Notes: generated from the sequence alone by a model not told the origin. A DNA stretch of 64,000 bases from Collinsella sp. (GCA_019424965.1 JAHYYL010000003.1:7614-71613); one strand, 5' to 3'; counted from the first letter of the stretch, positions 36,211-46,344 are shown. Numbers and translations: made by a program.

Positions 36211-37350
36211 TTACTTCACGTCAAACTCCACGCGATCGAGCTCGGGCACGTTGAGGTCGATGAGCTTGCGGGCAACGCGGCGGTCGTGTGCCCCAAGCGC
36301 CTCGCTTGTCGTCACGTGAGCGACAACCTCGCGCTCGACCATGCCCTCTTCCTCGCCTTCGGTAGCCGAAGTTTCGACAGCGACGGTGTAATCCTTAAAG
36401 CCCGGCAGCACCGCGGCAAGTTCGCGCGTGGTTTCGGTGACGCCGTAGCCGTCCTGCACGCCGGCCTGCGCCGAGCCAATGGACCCCGCGGTCATAATGA
36501 TGCAGGGGATGGCAAAGATCACCGTGCCCACGATGATGCGGCGGCGCACCTTGTGTGACAGCTCATCGACCGCGGCATTTTCCTCGGCGGTTACAACGCC
36601 GTCGCCGTTGAGGTCGCGCTTGAGCGGCACGCGCAAAAGTAGCAGCACGGCTTCTGCCGCCAGCGCGATAAAGACGACGTTGATGCCAAACTCGTAGAGC
36701 GCCGAGAGGAATAGCGGCCCGCTTGCGATGGCAATGCCGTAACCCGCCGCACACAGGGGCGGCATGAGCGCGGTCGCCACGGCCACACCGGCGATGAGCG
36801 TTGCGGGTTCCTGGTCGCGCGAGTTGCCCAGCCCGCCCGCAAAGCCGCCCGCGAGCGCCACGGCGAGGTCCCAGACGGTTGGCGTCGAGTTGTCGATGAT
36901 GGCGGCCGTGGTGGTGCCGAGCGGCGAGAGCTTAAAGTACAGCGTGGACGTGACCAGGCAAAGGACCATCTGCAGCGCGAGGCCGGCAATGGCCTCGACG
37001 GTAATCTCGCGGTCGAGCGTGGCGATACCGTATGCCATGGCAAGGACCGATCCCATGAGCGGACAGATGAGCATGGCGCCCACAATGGCGATGTCCGAAT
37101 CGATATCGAGGCCGATACTCGCGATCAGCATGGCGATAATGAGGATGCATAGGTGCGAGCCGGTCAGGCGCGCCCCGTTTACAAAGCGCTTGCGAATTAC
37201 GTGATAGGGGGCGCGACCCTCGCGAATGTTGAATGCGCGCCTCAGGAAGCGGCCGGCGTTCTCCATGACCTCGCTATAGGCAGGGCGGATGCCGTGGCGC
37301 CGGTGATGGCGCTCGCGCAGTCGCTTGAGCTGCTGGTTATCGAGTTTCAT
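36211..37350 (-). CDS. DUF389-type integral membrane protein
   Basis: Start MKLDNQQ.. (GAGGTG RBS). Multiple TM segments plus a soluble C-terminal domain. Resembles the TIGR00341/DUF389 family (from memory). Confidence 0.65.
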   Translation of the reverse strand: MKLDNQQLKRLRERHHRRHGIRPAYSEVMENAGRFLRRAFNIREGRAPYHVIRKRFVNGARLTGSHLCILIIAMLIASIGLDIDSDIAIVGAMLICPLMGSVLAMAYGIATLDREITVEAIAGLALQMVLCLVTSTLYFKLSPLGTTTAAIIDNSTPTVWDLAVALAGGFAGGLGNSRDQEPATLIAGVAVATALMPPLCAAGYGIAIASGPLFLSALYEFGINVVFIALAAEAVLLLLRVPLKRDLNGDGVVTAEENAAVDELSHKVRRRIIVGTVIFAIPCIIMTAGSIGSAQAGVQDGYGVTETTRELAAVLPGFKDYTVAVETSATEGEEEGMVEREVVAHVTTSEALGAHDRRVARKLIDLNVPELDRVEFDVK

Positions 37351-37565
37351 GTTCACCTCGCTTCGCCGCGGGCTATGCATCGCGCCCGCTGTCTCTACTC
37401 TACACCGCGGCAGGCGGGGTGGTCATCTTGACGTGAAACTTAGACGAGTAGGTAAAGGGGGCGCGTCAAATGAGGTTGAAGCCGAGGGTTTCGGCAGATA
37501 CAAAAAAAGCGCGGGGCCGGATGGTCTCCGACCCCGCGCTCTGCACGGGTACGTTGTTGTTGGGT

Positions 37566-39269
37566 TTAGCCCAGCAGACTCAATCCCACGGAGACAAACG
37601 CCAGGATAACGCCGACGATGGACTCGCCGCCCAGCAGGCCGCTGGCAACGACCAGGCCCTGCTCCTGGAAGGCGGCATCCTTGGCAGCCTTCTCCTCGTC
37701 CGAAAGGCCTGCCTCGGCGTCGCGGTGTGCGGCCCACTTGTCGTAGTCGAGCTTGACGCAGGAGCCCAAGAAGGCCGTGAGCGACATGTAGAACGGCAGG
37801 TACACGCCCAGACCGATCATCATGGCCGGAATGCCGAGCCAGTACATGACGATGCCGGCGATAAAGCCGCCCGCAAACCACGGCACGCTCGGGATGCCCG
37901 AGACCATGGTGGCGACCACGCTTGCCTGCGCGGCCACAAAGCTCTTGTCGGGGCCGAAGGCGTCCGGACCATAGGCGGTGACGAGCGCGACCATGACGGC
38001 GGCAGCGACCAGGGCGCCCACGATGCCGCCAATGGCCTGGCCGACCCACTGTGCACGCGGGTTGGTACCCAGTACGGCTCCGGCCTTAAAGTCGTTCATG
38101 ACGTCGCCCGCAAGGCCGCACGCCACGGCCACGATGCCGGCGATAAAGAACAGCTTGACTTGTGCGAGCTGCGCGAAGGCTGCCACGATGAGCATGACGA
38201 TGAGGCCAAAGATCTCCATAGGGTCGATACCCGTCTGGCCGCAGCTCTGCGCACTCATGATGGTGGTGACAAAGGTGAACAGCGTGACGATGACGGCCGG
38301 GACGGGACCGAGGTCGAGCGCGATGGCAACGATCACGGCGATGGCGGCGGTGCCCAGGCCGATGATGCCGGCGTCGAGCTTAAGCGAGCCCGAGATGAGC
38401 GATTGCTCGTCGGTGTCGGTGGAGCTGTCGGCGGCGAGGCCGCGGACGATACCGGCGACCTGCGGCAGGATGTCCTTAAGGACGACGGCGACGCCAAAGC
38501 CCATCATAAGGCCCATACCGAGGGACTTGACGATACCCTGCGCGGTCACAACATCGAACAGGCCGGCAGCGGTGCCGCCGACGATGATGCCAAAATTGCC
38601 CAGCAGCGCGCCGGCAAACCAGAACGCGACGGGGGCGAAGCCCACCAAAAAGCCGATGGACAGCAACATGGGCGAGTTGTAGATGGCAAAGGTCACGCCG
38701 GGGATGTTGAGCGTGCACAGCATGCTGGGCACCACGCCCAGGGCGTCGCGCAGCACGCTGTAGATGCCTGCGATGGCCATGGAGCCAAAGAGCTGCTTGC
38801 CGGTCTTGCCGCCGGCCTCGGTCGCGCGTAGGGTCTGAGCTGCGGCGTTGCCGGTGGGGAACTCCAGCGCGGCGTCCACGATAAAGTGACGGTGGATGAG
38901 TGCCGTGGCCAGTAGGCCCAGGATAGTGCCGGCGAGTGCCACGATAAACATGTCGAGCCAACTGATCTGGTCGGCATAGCCCAGCATCCAGGCGCCCGGG
39001 ATGGTAAACGCCAGACCGCCGGCGACCATGGCGCCTGCGGACATGATGGTGTGGGTGACGTTTGCCTCGTTGAGGCTGGCGTTGCCCATGAGCTTCAGGA
39101 AGAACAGCGAGATGACGGCAGCGAAGACGATCGGCCAGGGGAGTGCGCCCATCTTGAGGGCGGTGTAGGCCGAGCTTGCCGTGATGATCACGCAGCCAAG
39201 GACGCCGATGACGACGCCGCGCAGCGTGAGTTGCCCGCGCATCGAGGCGCGGTTCGAGGGATTGCTCAT
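37566..39269 (-). CDS. OPT-family oligopeptide transporter
   Basis: Start MSNPSNRAS.. (AAGGAG RBS). About 16 TM segments. ..SSAYTALKMGALPWPIVFAA.. is typical of bacterial OPT proteins. Confidence 0.8.
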   Translation of the reverse strand: MSNPSNRASMRGQLTLRGVVIGVLGCVIITASSAYTALKMGALPWPIVFAAVISLFFLKLMGNASLNEANVTHTIMSAGAMVAGGLAFTIPGAWMLGYADQISWLDMFIVALAGTILGLLATALIHRHFIVDAALEFPTGNAAAQTLRATEAGGKTGKQLFGSMAIAGIYSVLRDALGVVPSMLCTLNIPGVTFAIYNSPMLLSIGFLVGFAPVAFWFAGALLGNFGIIVGGTAAGLFDVVTAQGIVKSLGMGLMMGFGVAVVLKDILPQVAGIVRGLAADSSTDTDEQSLISGSLKLDAGIIGLGTAAIAVIVAIALDLGPVPAVIVTLFTFVTTIMSAQSCGQTGIDPMEIFGLIVMLIVAAFAQLAQVKLFFIAGIVAVACGLAGDVMNDFKAGAVLGTNPRAQWVGQAIGGIVGALVAAAVMVALVTAYGPDAFGPDKSFVAAQASVVATMVSGIPSVPWFAGGFIAGIVMYWLGIPAMMIGLGVYLPFYMSLTAFLGSCVKLDYDKWAAHRDAEAGLSDEEKAAKDAAFQEQGLVVASGLLGGESIVGVILAFVSVGLSLLG

Positions 39270-39443
39270 ATAAAACTCCTTTGCGTATATCCGCTCCCCC
39301 GGGAGCGCCGCTACGGATACGGCGCGGGAAGTCGGGTTACCAAGGGCCGCCGCGTGAGCTCGCAAACGACCGCGCATCAGTATAGCGGCAAGGCAGCTCA
39401 TTTGGGACGGGGCTTTTTTAGCTGACCCAGGCTTGGGCCAAAG

Positions 39444-39521
39444 GATGATTATTCTGGGACGGGGATTTAAAAATCATCAGGTACGCAATGATTTTTAAAT
39501 CCCCGTCCCAGAATAATCATC
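39444..39521. repeat. 34-bp perfect inverted repeat (78-bp palindromic element)
   Basis: GATGATTATTCTGGGACGGGGATTTAAAAATCAT (39444-39477), loop CAGGTACGCA, then ATGATTTTTAAATCCCCGTCCCAGAATAATCATC (39488-39521). It lies in the divergent region between the OPT transporter gene and coaX. Confidence 0.9.
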
Positions 39522-39558
39522 GGGATATACTGCTGGGCAGACGAAAGGAGCGCCGACG

Positions 39559-40410
39559 ATGCTTAATGGGTGCGCATATATATTGACGGTCGACGTGGGC
39601 AACACGTTCATTCGCTTTGGCCTGTTTGCCGAGGATTCGGCCGCGGCGCAGGAATGCCCGCTTGCGACGTGCGAAATCACGACGCCGTCGAGCATTACAG
39701 CCGACGAAGCGCGCATGAGGCTCGCGCAGGTCATGGGCGCGCTGGCGGCCGATGCGGGCATGCCCGGCGCGCTCGTTCCCGCGGCCGCAGTGCTGAGCTG
39801 CGTGGTGCCGGCGCTCGAGCGCCCGTGGAAGGCGGCGCTTTCCCGTACCTGCACGGGACGCGTGCTCACGGTGGGACCGGGCCTCAAGACCGGCATGCCC
39901 GTGCACTACGACGACCCGGCCGAGATCGGCCCCGACCGCATCGCCGACGCCGTGGCGGCCCGTGCCGTCTACGGCTCTCCGTGCATCGTGATCGACCTGG
40001 GCACTACGACCAATATCGAGGTCATCGACGCGTGCGGTACCTTTGTGGGCGGCGTCATCGCGCCGGGTCTGGCGCTCGGCGCCCGCTCGCTCTCGGCCGC
40101 TGCGGCGCGTCTGCCGCAGGTCGAGCCCTCGGCACCGACGCATGTGATCGGCCGCAACACGCGCGAGGCCATGCGCTCGGGCGTGGTCTTGGGCGAGGTG
40201 GCCCGCATCGACGGCATGCTCGACATGGTGCTCGCCGAGATGCGCGCGACCAAGGCCGCGGGGGAGGGCGACGTGCCCATCGTCATTACCGGCGACGATG
40301 CCGAGGCACTCGCGTCGTTGGTCGGTCACAGTCTGACGGTCGACGACGCGCTGACGTTGCGGGGTCTCGCCGAGCTCTACCGCATCAACCAAAAGCCCCG
40401 CCGCGTGTAA
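39559..40410 (+). CDS. coaX: Type III pantothenate kinase
   Basis: 283 aa. ..ILTVDVGNTFIRFGLF.., ..IVIDLGTTTNIE.., ..GRNTREAMRSG... Confidence 0.85.
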   Translation: MLNGCAYILTVDVGNTFIRFGLFAEDSAAAQECPLATCEITTPSSITADEARMRLAQVMGALAADAGMPGALVPAAAVLSCVVPALERPWKAALSRTCTGRVLTVGPGLKTGMPVHYDDPAEIGPDRIADAVAARAVYGSPCIVIDLGTTTNIEVIDACGTFVGGVIAPGLALGARSLSAAAARLPQVEPSAPTHVIGRNTREAMRSGVVLGEVARIDGMLDMVLAEMRATKAAGEGDVPIVITGDDAEALASLVGHSLTVDDALTLRGLAELYRINQKPRRV

Positions 40411-40494
40411 AAGTGAGGGCGCTGGTGGGACAAACGCCTCCACCTTTCACCTGCTACAATGGGTCAAACTATTGCGATTACGGAGGTGTCTGCC

Positions 40495-41019
40495 ATGTCG
40501 GACGATCTTCATCAAACTTCGTCAGGCAAGCGCCTGGACGTCATTAGCTGGGACGAGTTCTTTATGAGCGTGGCCATCGCCGCGCAGCGCCGCAGCAAGG
40601 ACCCCAACACGCAGGTGGGTGCGTGCATCGCCAGCACCAACCACCGCATCCTTTCGGTGGGCTACAACGGTACGCCCTCGGCGCTCAACGACGACTTTTT
40701 CCCGTGGGGTACGAGCGACGACCCGTTGCAGGACAAGCACAACTACGTGGTCCATGCCGAGGCAAACGCCGTGCTCAACTACCGTGGTTCGCTCAAGGAC
40801 CTTGAGGGTTCCACGGTCTACGTCACGCTGTTTCCGTGCCACGACTGCGCCAAGATTTTGGCACAGGTGGGCGTGGGCGAGGTTGTCTACCTGGACAACA
40901 AGTACGCCGACACCGATGATGGACGCATCAGCCGCCGCATCCTCGACTCCTGTGGCATCAGCTACCGCCAGGTTATCGTCGATGTTCACATCGGCACCGA
41001 GGGGCAGGCTCAGCAGTAG
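40495..41019 (+). CDS. dCMP deaminase
   Basis: Start MSDDLHQ... HAEANAV and PCHDCAK zinc motifs. Confidence 0.85.
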   Translation: MSDDLHQTSSGKRLDVISWDEFFMSVAIAAQRRSKDPNTQVGACIASTNHRILSVGYNGTPSALNDDFFPWGTSDDPLQDKHNYVVHAEANAVLNYRGSLKDLEGSTVYVTLFPCHDCAKILAQVGVGEVVYLDNKYADTDDGRISRRILDSCGISYRQVIVDVHIGTEGQAQQ

Positions 41020-41191
41020 CGCGTGGCAACGCCAGCTGGCAACAAAAGGCAGCCAAAAGAGCCCCGTCCCAAATTGACTACTCGTGAAAGTCGCGTCTGC
41101 GCGCATGGACGGCTCGTGAGCGGGTACATGGCTGTAGTAACATAGCTTCTGTCCGCGGGCGCGCCCGCGTAATTGTGAGAAAGGAGCCCCT

Positions 41192-41470
41192 GTGGCTGTT
41201 AACGAAGAGCTGCTTAAGAAGGTTCTTGAAGAGATCCGCCCCAACCTGCAGGCCGATGGCGGCGATATGGAGTATGTGGGCGTCGACGACGAGGGTGTTG
41301 TCAAGCTGGAGCTGCAGGGCGCCTGCGCCGGCTGCCCCATGAGCTCGCTGACCCTGTCCATGGGTATCGAGCGTATCCTCAAGGAGCATGTGCCCGGCGT
41401 TACCCGTGTTGAGCAGGTCAATGCCTCCGGCGAGACCGACGACCTGTACGACGAGTACGCGCCGTTCTAA
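41192..41470 (+). CDS. NifU-like (Nfu C-terminal domain) Fe-S cluster protein
   Basis: 92 aa, GTG after AAGGAG. ..GGDMEYVGVDDEGVVKLELQGACAGCPMS... Confidence 0.8.
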   Translation: MAVNEELLKKVLEEIRPNLQADGGDMEYVGVDDEGVVKLELQGACAGCPMSSLTLSMGIERILKEHVPGVTRVEQVNASGETDDLYDEYAPF

Positions 41471-41579
41471 GATGTGAAAGCTGCGGACGGCATACTCCGC
41501 ATAGACGTTACGCCCAAATATGCGGCTGCGAGCGCAAGGCCCGCGGCCGCATTTGTATGTAGGGAGTAGGAGGGTCGAC

Positions 41580-42401
41580 ATGCTCAACGACTTCTACCAT
41601 ATGCTTGATCCTGTCGCGATCTCGGCGGGCCCCATCACCATCTACTGGTACGGCCTGGCCTACGTGGTCGGCGCTCTGCTCACGGCGGTCGTCATGTACC
41701 GCACACAGCGTCGCTGGGGCTTTAACATCACGATTGACGACCTGACGAGTGTCGTGGTCGGCGTGGTCTTTGGCCTCATTATCGGTGCGCGCCTGTTTTA
41801 CGTCGTCTTTTACGGCGATGGCTACTATTGGACCCACCCGCTCGAGATCTTTGCCACCAACGAGGGCGGCATGAGCTTCCATGGCGGTTTGGTGGGCGGC
41901 ATTATCGGCGGCATCATCGTGTGCCGCATGTATAAGCTCGACGCATGGACTTTGGCAGACCTTGCCGTCATAGGCGCGCCGCTGGCCTTGTGCCTGGGCC
42001 GTTGTGCCAACTTTGTCAACGGTGAGCTGTGGGGCAAGCCGACCGATCTGCCCTGGGGCGTGGTCTTCGGTGGCACCGCGGGCGATATGCCGCGTCATCC
42101 CTCCCAGCTCTACGAGGCATTTCTTGAGGGCATCGTGCTCTTTTGCATTCTGCAGGTGCTCAGCCGCAAAAAGCCGCTGCTGCCTCAGGGTACGTTTATG
42201 GGCGTGTTCGTGATGGGATACGGCATCGTCCGCTTCCTCGTCGAGTTCGTGCGCGTGCCCGACGCCCAGCTTGGCTATCTGCTGGGCGGCGTCATCACGA
42301 TGGGGCAGCTGCTGAGTCTTCCGCTCGTGATCGCCGGCCTGGCGCTCATCATCTTCGCGCGACACCGCAACCGTCCCCAGCGCATCTACCTCGACGCCTA
42401 A
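41580..42401 (+). CDS. lgt: Prolipoprotein diacylglyceryl transferase
   Basis: Start MLNDFYHML... ..ITIYWYGLAYV.., ..GGMSFHGGL.., ..RCANFVNGELWGKPT.., ..HPSQLYE... Confidence 0.9.
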   Translation: MLNDFYHMLDPVAISAGPITIYWYGLAYVVGALLTAVVMYRTQRRWGFNITIDDLTSVVVGVVFGLIIGARLFYVVFYGDGYYWTHPLEIFATNEGGMSFHGGLVGGIIGGIIVCRMYKLDAWTLADLAVIGAPLALCLGRCANFVNGELWGKPTDLPWGVVFGGTAGDMPRHPSQLYEAFLEGIVLFCILQVLSRKKPLLPQGTFMGVFVMGYGIVRFLVEFVRVPDAQLGYLLGGVITMGQLLSLPLVIAGLALIIFARHRNRPQRIYLDA

Positions 42402-42477
42402 CCACCACAAAGGGGACACAGGCACCTTTGTGGTGGTTTTGCTGAGTTTGATAGGTTTCTAGAAAGGCTTTCGGACT

Positions 42478-44661
42478 GTGAAGGATTCCGACCTCTCCAC
42501 AACGGCTGCGCGCGACGCTGCCCGCATCGTCTGGTTTAAGCGCTACCCCGCCAAGCAGACGCTCATCGCATTTCTGCTCGCGCTGTTGGCGACCACGGCG
42601 TTTTCCATCGATCCCGCCCCGGTGTCGAGCAACGCAGTCTTGGCGATTGACCCCAAAGCCTCGGGCATGCTGTACGTGTGCTACGAGGTGCTCCTCTCGT
42701 TTGCCGGCCATACCGACGCGGTCATGCTGCTTGCGCTTGCCTGCCTGCTCACGCTGCCGTTTCGCTACGTGTTCTTTGGCCGTGGCGACACCTGGCGCCC
42801 ATCGATTATTCTGCCGTCGCTGTTTTTCGCCATCTGCATGGTGTTCGGCCGCAGCTACGACCTTATCGACTCGGCCGAGATTGTTCTTGGCGACAAGGCC
42901 CGCATCATCTGCGCCTGGATTGGCGGCGCGGGCTGGATGCTCCTAGCGATCGTGGCCTTCTATCTGGCTTTTGAGTGCCTGGATTGGCTGAGCTCTCGGC
43001 GCATTCCGTTTTCCGAAGCGCACTTTGGCCGCGTATGGCGTGTGGCTCACGCCGTGCTCTCGGTCCATCCCTTTGCCGGGCCCTTCCTGGTGCTTATGAT
43101 CGCCTGGGCGCCCACGCTCATCGCTTCGCTGCCCGGCCTTTTTATGGGAGATACGGGTGCGCAGATTCGCCAGTGGTTCAACTATCCCAATGGCACGAGC
43201 GACTACCTGCGCCTGCTCAACCCCAACGTGCTGCTCAACGGGCACCATCCCGTAGTGCACACGGCCATTATCGGCTCGTGCGTTCAACTGGGGCTTTCGC
43301 TGTTCAACAGCGCTAACGCGGGCCTCATCATCTATACCTGCGCTCAATTTGTCATCACGGCTGCCTGCATGGCCTATTCCATTTCGTCGCTGCGCAAACT
43401 GGGCGTGAGCCTGCCGGTTCGCGGTACGATCCTGCTGTTCTTTGCGTTTATGCCGATGTTCTCTAACTACGCGGCGTTGCTCACCAAAGACGTGCTCTTT
43501 GCCGACGCGTTTTTGGTGCTGCTGGTACAGACCGTCAAGCTCGTGGCATGTGGCTTGCCCCGTCGTGATGCCAATGCCGAGCGTGCGGGCGAACAGAGGC
43601 CCGTGCTCTTTGCGCGCCACGACTGGCTGTTGCTTGCGCTGGCTGCCATGGGTTCCACGTTTTTGCGCAATGGCGGTCTGGTCTTTCCGTTGGCGGCCTG
43701 CGTGATTGCGGCGGCGTTTTGCGCATGGGATGTACATGTCGCCCGTCGTGCGGCTAAGCAGACGGGCACCGCGGTCTCATGCGCCACGCCGCGCTTCCGC
43801 TGGGTTGGCGTCCTCGCGGTGCTCGCACTCTGCCTTGCCTCTAATATGTACTTCACCAAGGTCTTTATGCCGGCGCACGACATCACGCCTGGTTCCAAGC
43901 GCGAAATCCTCTCGATTCCGTTCCAACAGACGGCTCGTTTCGTCCAAAAGCACGACGGCCTCAACTCGGGCGTCAACCCCACGGTTAAGGAGGACGGCAC
44001 CATCGTGGAGGCTCCTTGCGACGGTTCGGTGACCGACGAAGAGCGTGCCGTGATCGATCGTGTACTCAAGTACGAGAACCTGGGCCGCCGCTACAACCCC
44101 GACAAGTCCGATGCCGTCAAGAACTGCTTCAACGAGTACGCCTCGCAGGAGGACATCAAGGCCTATTTTGAGGTGTGGGCCCAGATGTTCAAAAAGGATC
44201 CCGAGTGCTATGTCTCGGCGCTCATCAATAACTACTACGGCTACTTTTATCCGAGCGCCCGCGATGCGTGGGTCTACAGCACGGCGCGCAGTGCCGAGAT
44301 TATGGCGCGTCCCGACAACCTCAAGTACTTCGACTTCCATCCGGTTGACAGCAACGTGGTGCGCTGGTGCGACCACCTGATCAATCTGTACCGTGTGGCG
44401 GTGCAGCGCATCCCGTTTATCTCGCTCACCATGAGCTCGGCCACCTATGTGTGGATCATGATCGCCGTGGTGGTCTACCTGCTGCGTCGTCATTCATGGC
44501 GTGCGCTGGCGATCTGGGTGCCGCTGTTGGGCGTGCTCGCCGTGTGCCTGATTGGCCCGTGCAACGGCTCGACTTACATGCGCTACCTGTATCCGGTCAT
44601 CGCCTGCATGCCCTTCGCCATCGGCGCCACCGTCACCCGCAGCGACTTCCTCTGGTTCTAA
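42478..44661 (+). CDS. Large polytopic membrane protein (DUF6020-like, possible GT-C-type glycosyltransferase)
   Basis: 727 aa, GTG start. More than 10 TM segments with a soluble loop/domain (..DERAVIDRVLKYENLGRRYNPDKSDAVKN..). The family assignment is from memory. Confidence 0.55.
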   Translation: MKDSDLSTTAARDAARIVWFKRYPAKQTLIAFLLALLATTAFSIDPAPVSSNAVLAIDPKASGMLYVCYEVLLSFAGHTDAVMLLALACLLTLPFRYVFFGRGDTWRPSIILPSLFFAICMVFGRSYDLIDSAEIVLGDKARIICAWIGGAGWMLLAIVAFYLAFECLDWLSSRRIPFSEAHFGRVWRVAHAVLSVHPFAGPFLVLMIAWAPTLIASLPGLFMGDTGAQIRQWFNYPNGTSDYLRLLNPNVLLNGHHPVVHTAIIGSCVQLGLSLFNSANAGLIIYTCAQFVITAACMAYSISSLRKLGVSLPVRGTILLFFAFMPMFSNYAALLTKDVLFADAFLVLLVQTVKLVACGLPRRDANAERAGEQRPVLFARHDWLLLALAAMGSTFLRNGGLVFPLAACVIAAAFCAWDVHVARRAAKQTGTAVSCATPRFRWVGVLAVLALCLASNMYFTKVFMPAHDITPGSKREILSIPFQQTARFVQKHDGLNSGVNPTVKEDGTIVEAPCDGSVTDEERAVIDRVLKYENLGRRYNPDKSDAVKNCFNEYASQEDIKAYFEVWAQMFKKDPECYVSALINNYYGYFYPSARDAWVYSTARSAEIMARPDNLKYFDFHPVDSNVVRWCDHLINLYRVAVQRIPFISLTMSSATYVWIMIAVVVYLLRRHSWRALAIWVPLLGVLAVCLIGPCNGSTYMRYLYPVIACMPFAIGATVTRSDFLWF

Positions 44662-44825
44662 CTTGGTGCATTGAGGTCAGGTTTCTTTGCACCAAAGGGG
44701 CCATCATCACGACGCCTTCATTTTGGGGTTTATCTCGCAGGCCAGTAGGTATATCATAACGACGTTTGTTTATATTGCCCGAGCATCTGCGCTGGGCTTT
44801 AGGTCGAAACCGATAGGAGACACGT

Positions 44826-45632
44826 ATGTCCGGACACTCTAAGTGGGCCACAACCAAGCATCGTAAGGGCGCGCAGGACGCCAAGCGTTCCGCCCTCTTC
44901 TCCAAGCTCAGCCGCAACATCACCGTTGCTGCCCGTCTCGGCGGTGACCCGCTGCCCGAGAACAACGCCAGCCTCGCCGCTGCCGTTGCCAAGGCCAAGG
45001 CTCAGTCCATGCCTAAGGACAAGATCAAGTCCGCTATCGACAAGGCTTTTGGTTCGGGTGCTGACGCCGCCGTCTACGAGAACATCGTGTACGAGGGCTA
45101 CGGTCCCGCCGGTGTCGCCGTCTACGTCGACTGCCTGACCGACAACCGCAACCGTACCGCCGCTGATGTCCGTTCCGCCTTCTCCCACGCTGGTGGCAAC
45201 CTGGGCACCTCTGGCTCCGTCGCCTTCCAGTTTGAGCGCAAGGGCCAGATCGTCGTCGCCAAGGAGATCCTGGACGAGAACGCCAAGAAGGAGACCATGA
45301 TCGCCAACGGTGCTGCCGGTGACGAGGATGAGTTCATGATGGCCATCGCCGAGGCCGGTGGCGAGGACTACGAGGACGCCGGCGAGGAGTGGATCGTCTG
45401 GACTACTGCCAACGAGGTCATGGCTGTTTCCAAGGCGCTCGAGGAGCAGGGCGTCCAGGTCAAGGGCTCCGAGACCACCATGGTCCCGACCACCCCGACC
45501 GAGGTCTCCGGCGCCGACGCCAAGAAGGTTCAGCGCCTCATCGACCGTCTTGAGGAGCTCGACGACGTCCAGGATGTTTACAGCACCATGGACATGACCG
45601 ACGAGGTCATCGCTGCTCTCGAGGAGGAGTAG
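44826..45632 (+). CDS. yebC: YebC/PmpR-family transcriptional regulator
   Basis: MSGHSKWATTKHRKGAQDAKR.. is the canonical N-terminus. Confidence 0.9.
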   Translation: MSGHSKWATTKHRKGAQDAKRSALFSKLSRNITVAARLGGDPLPENNASLAAAVAKAKAQSMPKDKIKSAIDKAFGSGADAAVYENIVYEGYGPAGVAVYVDCLTDNRNRTAADVRSAFSHAGGNLGTSGSVAFQFERKGQIVVAKEILDENAKKETMIANGAAGDEDEFMMAIAEAGGEDYEDAGEEWIVWTTANEVMAVSKALEEQGVQVKGSETTMVPTTPTEVSGADAKKVQRLIDRLEELDDVQDVYSTMDMTDEVIAALEEE

Positions 45633-45701
45633 CGCCCGCACGGGTTAAGCCGTGCATATCTGGGCATAATGAAGCGAGCATGCAAGCCTCGTGGAATAGA
45701 T

Positions 45702-45746
45702 GAGCCGGATCCGCGTGCGTAGAGCACCGGACCCGGCTCTTTTATA
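45702..45746 (+). terminator. Intrinsic terminator after yebC
   Basis: GAGCCGGATCCG / CGGACCCGGCTC followed by TTTTAT. Confidence 0.65.
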
Positions 45747-45798
45747 ATGATGCGAACCGTTTTGCATTTTGAGAGCCGAGATTTGAAGGGAGCGCCAC

Positions 45799-46344
45799 GT
45801 GCGCGTACTCAAACGAGCCCTAGCGATCGTGTATCTTGCCGCCGCCATCGTGGCGCTGGGTACGCTTGTCTGCCAGTTTTGGGGGCCGTATACGTATCGC
45901 TTTATGCTGCTGATGCGCGACCCCATGCCGCGCATTGTCGTGACGGCATGCGGCGGAGTTGTGGCGATTGGCGTGCTGGTAAGCTTCTTCCGCCTGATGT
46001 TTGCTCGTCGCGAGCCATCCTGTGTGCATCCGGCGGGGGAGCGCAATATCGAGGTCACGCTCGCGGCGCTTTCTTCGTGTGCCAGGGCTGCTGCCGAGCG
46101 CGACGACCGCGTGATGGTCGAGCATGTCGAGGCCCGCGTCCAAGGCCCCGACGATTCGCACGTCCGATTTAAGGTCGAGGCTATCGCGCTTGACGATAAG
46201 GACGTGGCATCTCTGGCTACCGCGATGCAGCAGCGCATCGAGGAAGCTTGCGACACCATGCTCGGCACGCCGGGTACGACCACGCGCGTCCGTTTTTTGC
46301 CGTCCAAGACTACCGTCCAGACCGTGGAGGTTTCCGGTGAGTGA
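45799..46344 (+). CDS. Alkaline shock response membrane anchor protein (AmaP-like)
   Basis: 181 aa, GTG start. Two N-terminal TM segments plus an Asp23-partner-like soluble part. Sits in an operon with DUF2273 and Asp23 genes. Confidence 0.65.
   Translation: MRVLKRALAIVYLAAAIVALGTLVCQFWGPYTYRFMLLMRDPMPRIVVTACGGVVAIGVLVSFFRLMFARREPSCVHPAGERNIEVTLAALSSCARAAAERDDRVMVEHVEARVQGPDDSHVRFKVEAIALDDKDVASLATAMQQRIEEACDTMLGTPGTTTRVRFLPSKTTVQTVEVSGE

Noticed and set aside
36024-36254. 76-aa plus-strand ORF
   Set aside because: It overlaps the 3' end of the convergent DUF389 gene and has no RBS. It is more likely to contain the out-of-frame C-terminal remnant of the decayed AAC(3) gene.
37470-38831. 453-aa plus-strand ORF rich in Asp/Gly/His/Arg
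   Set aside because: It is antisense to the OPT transporter gene and is a shadow ORF.
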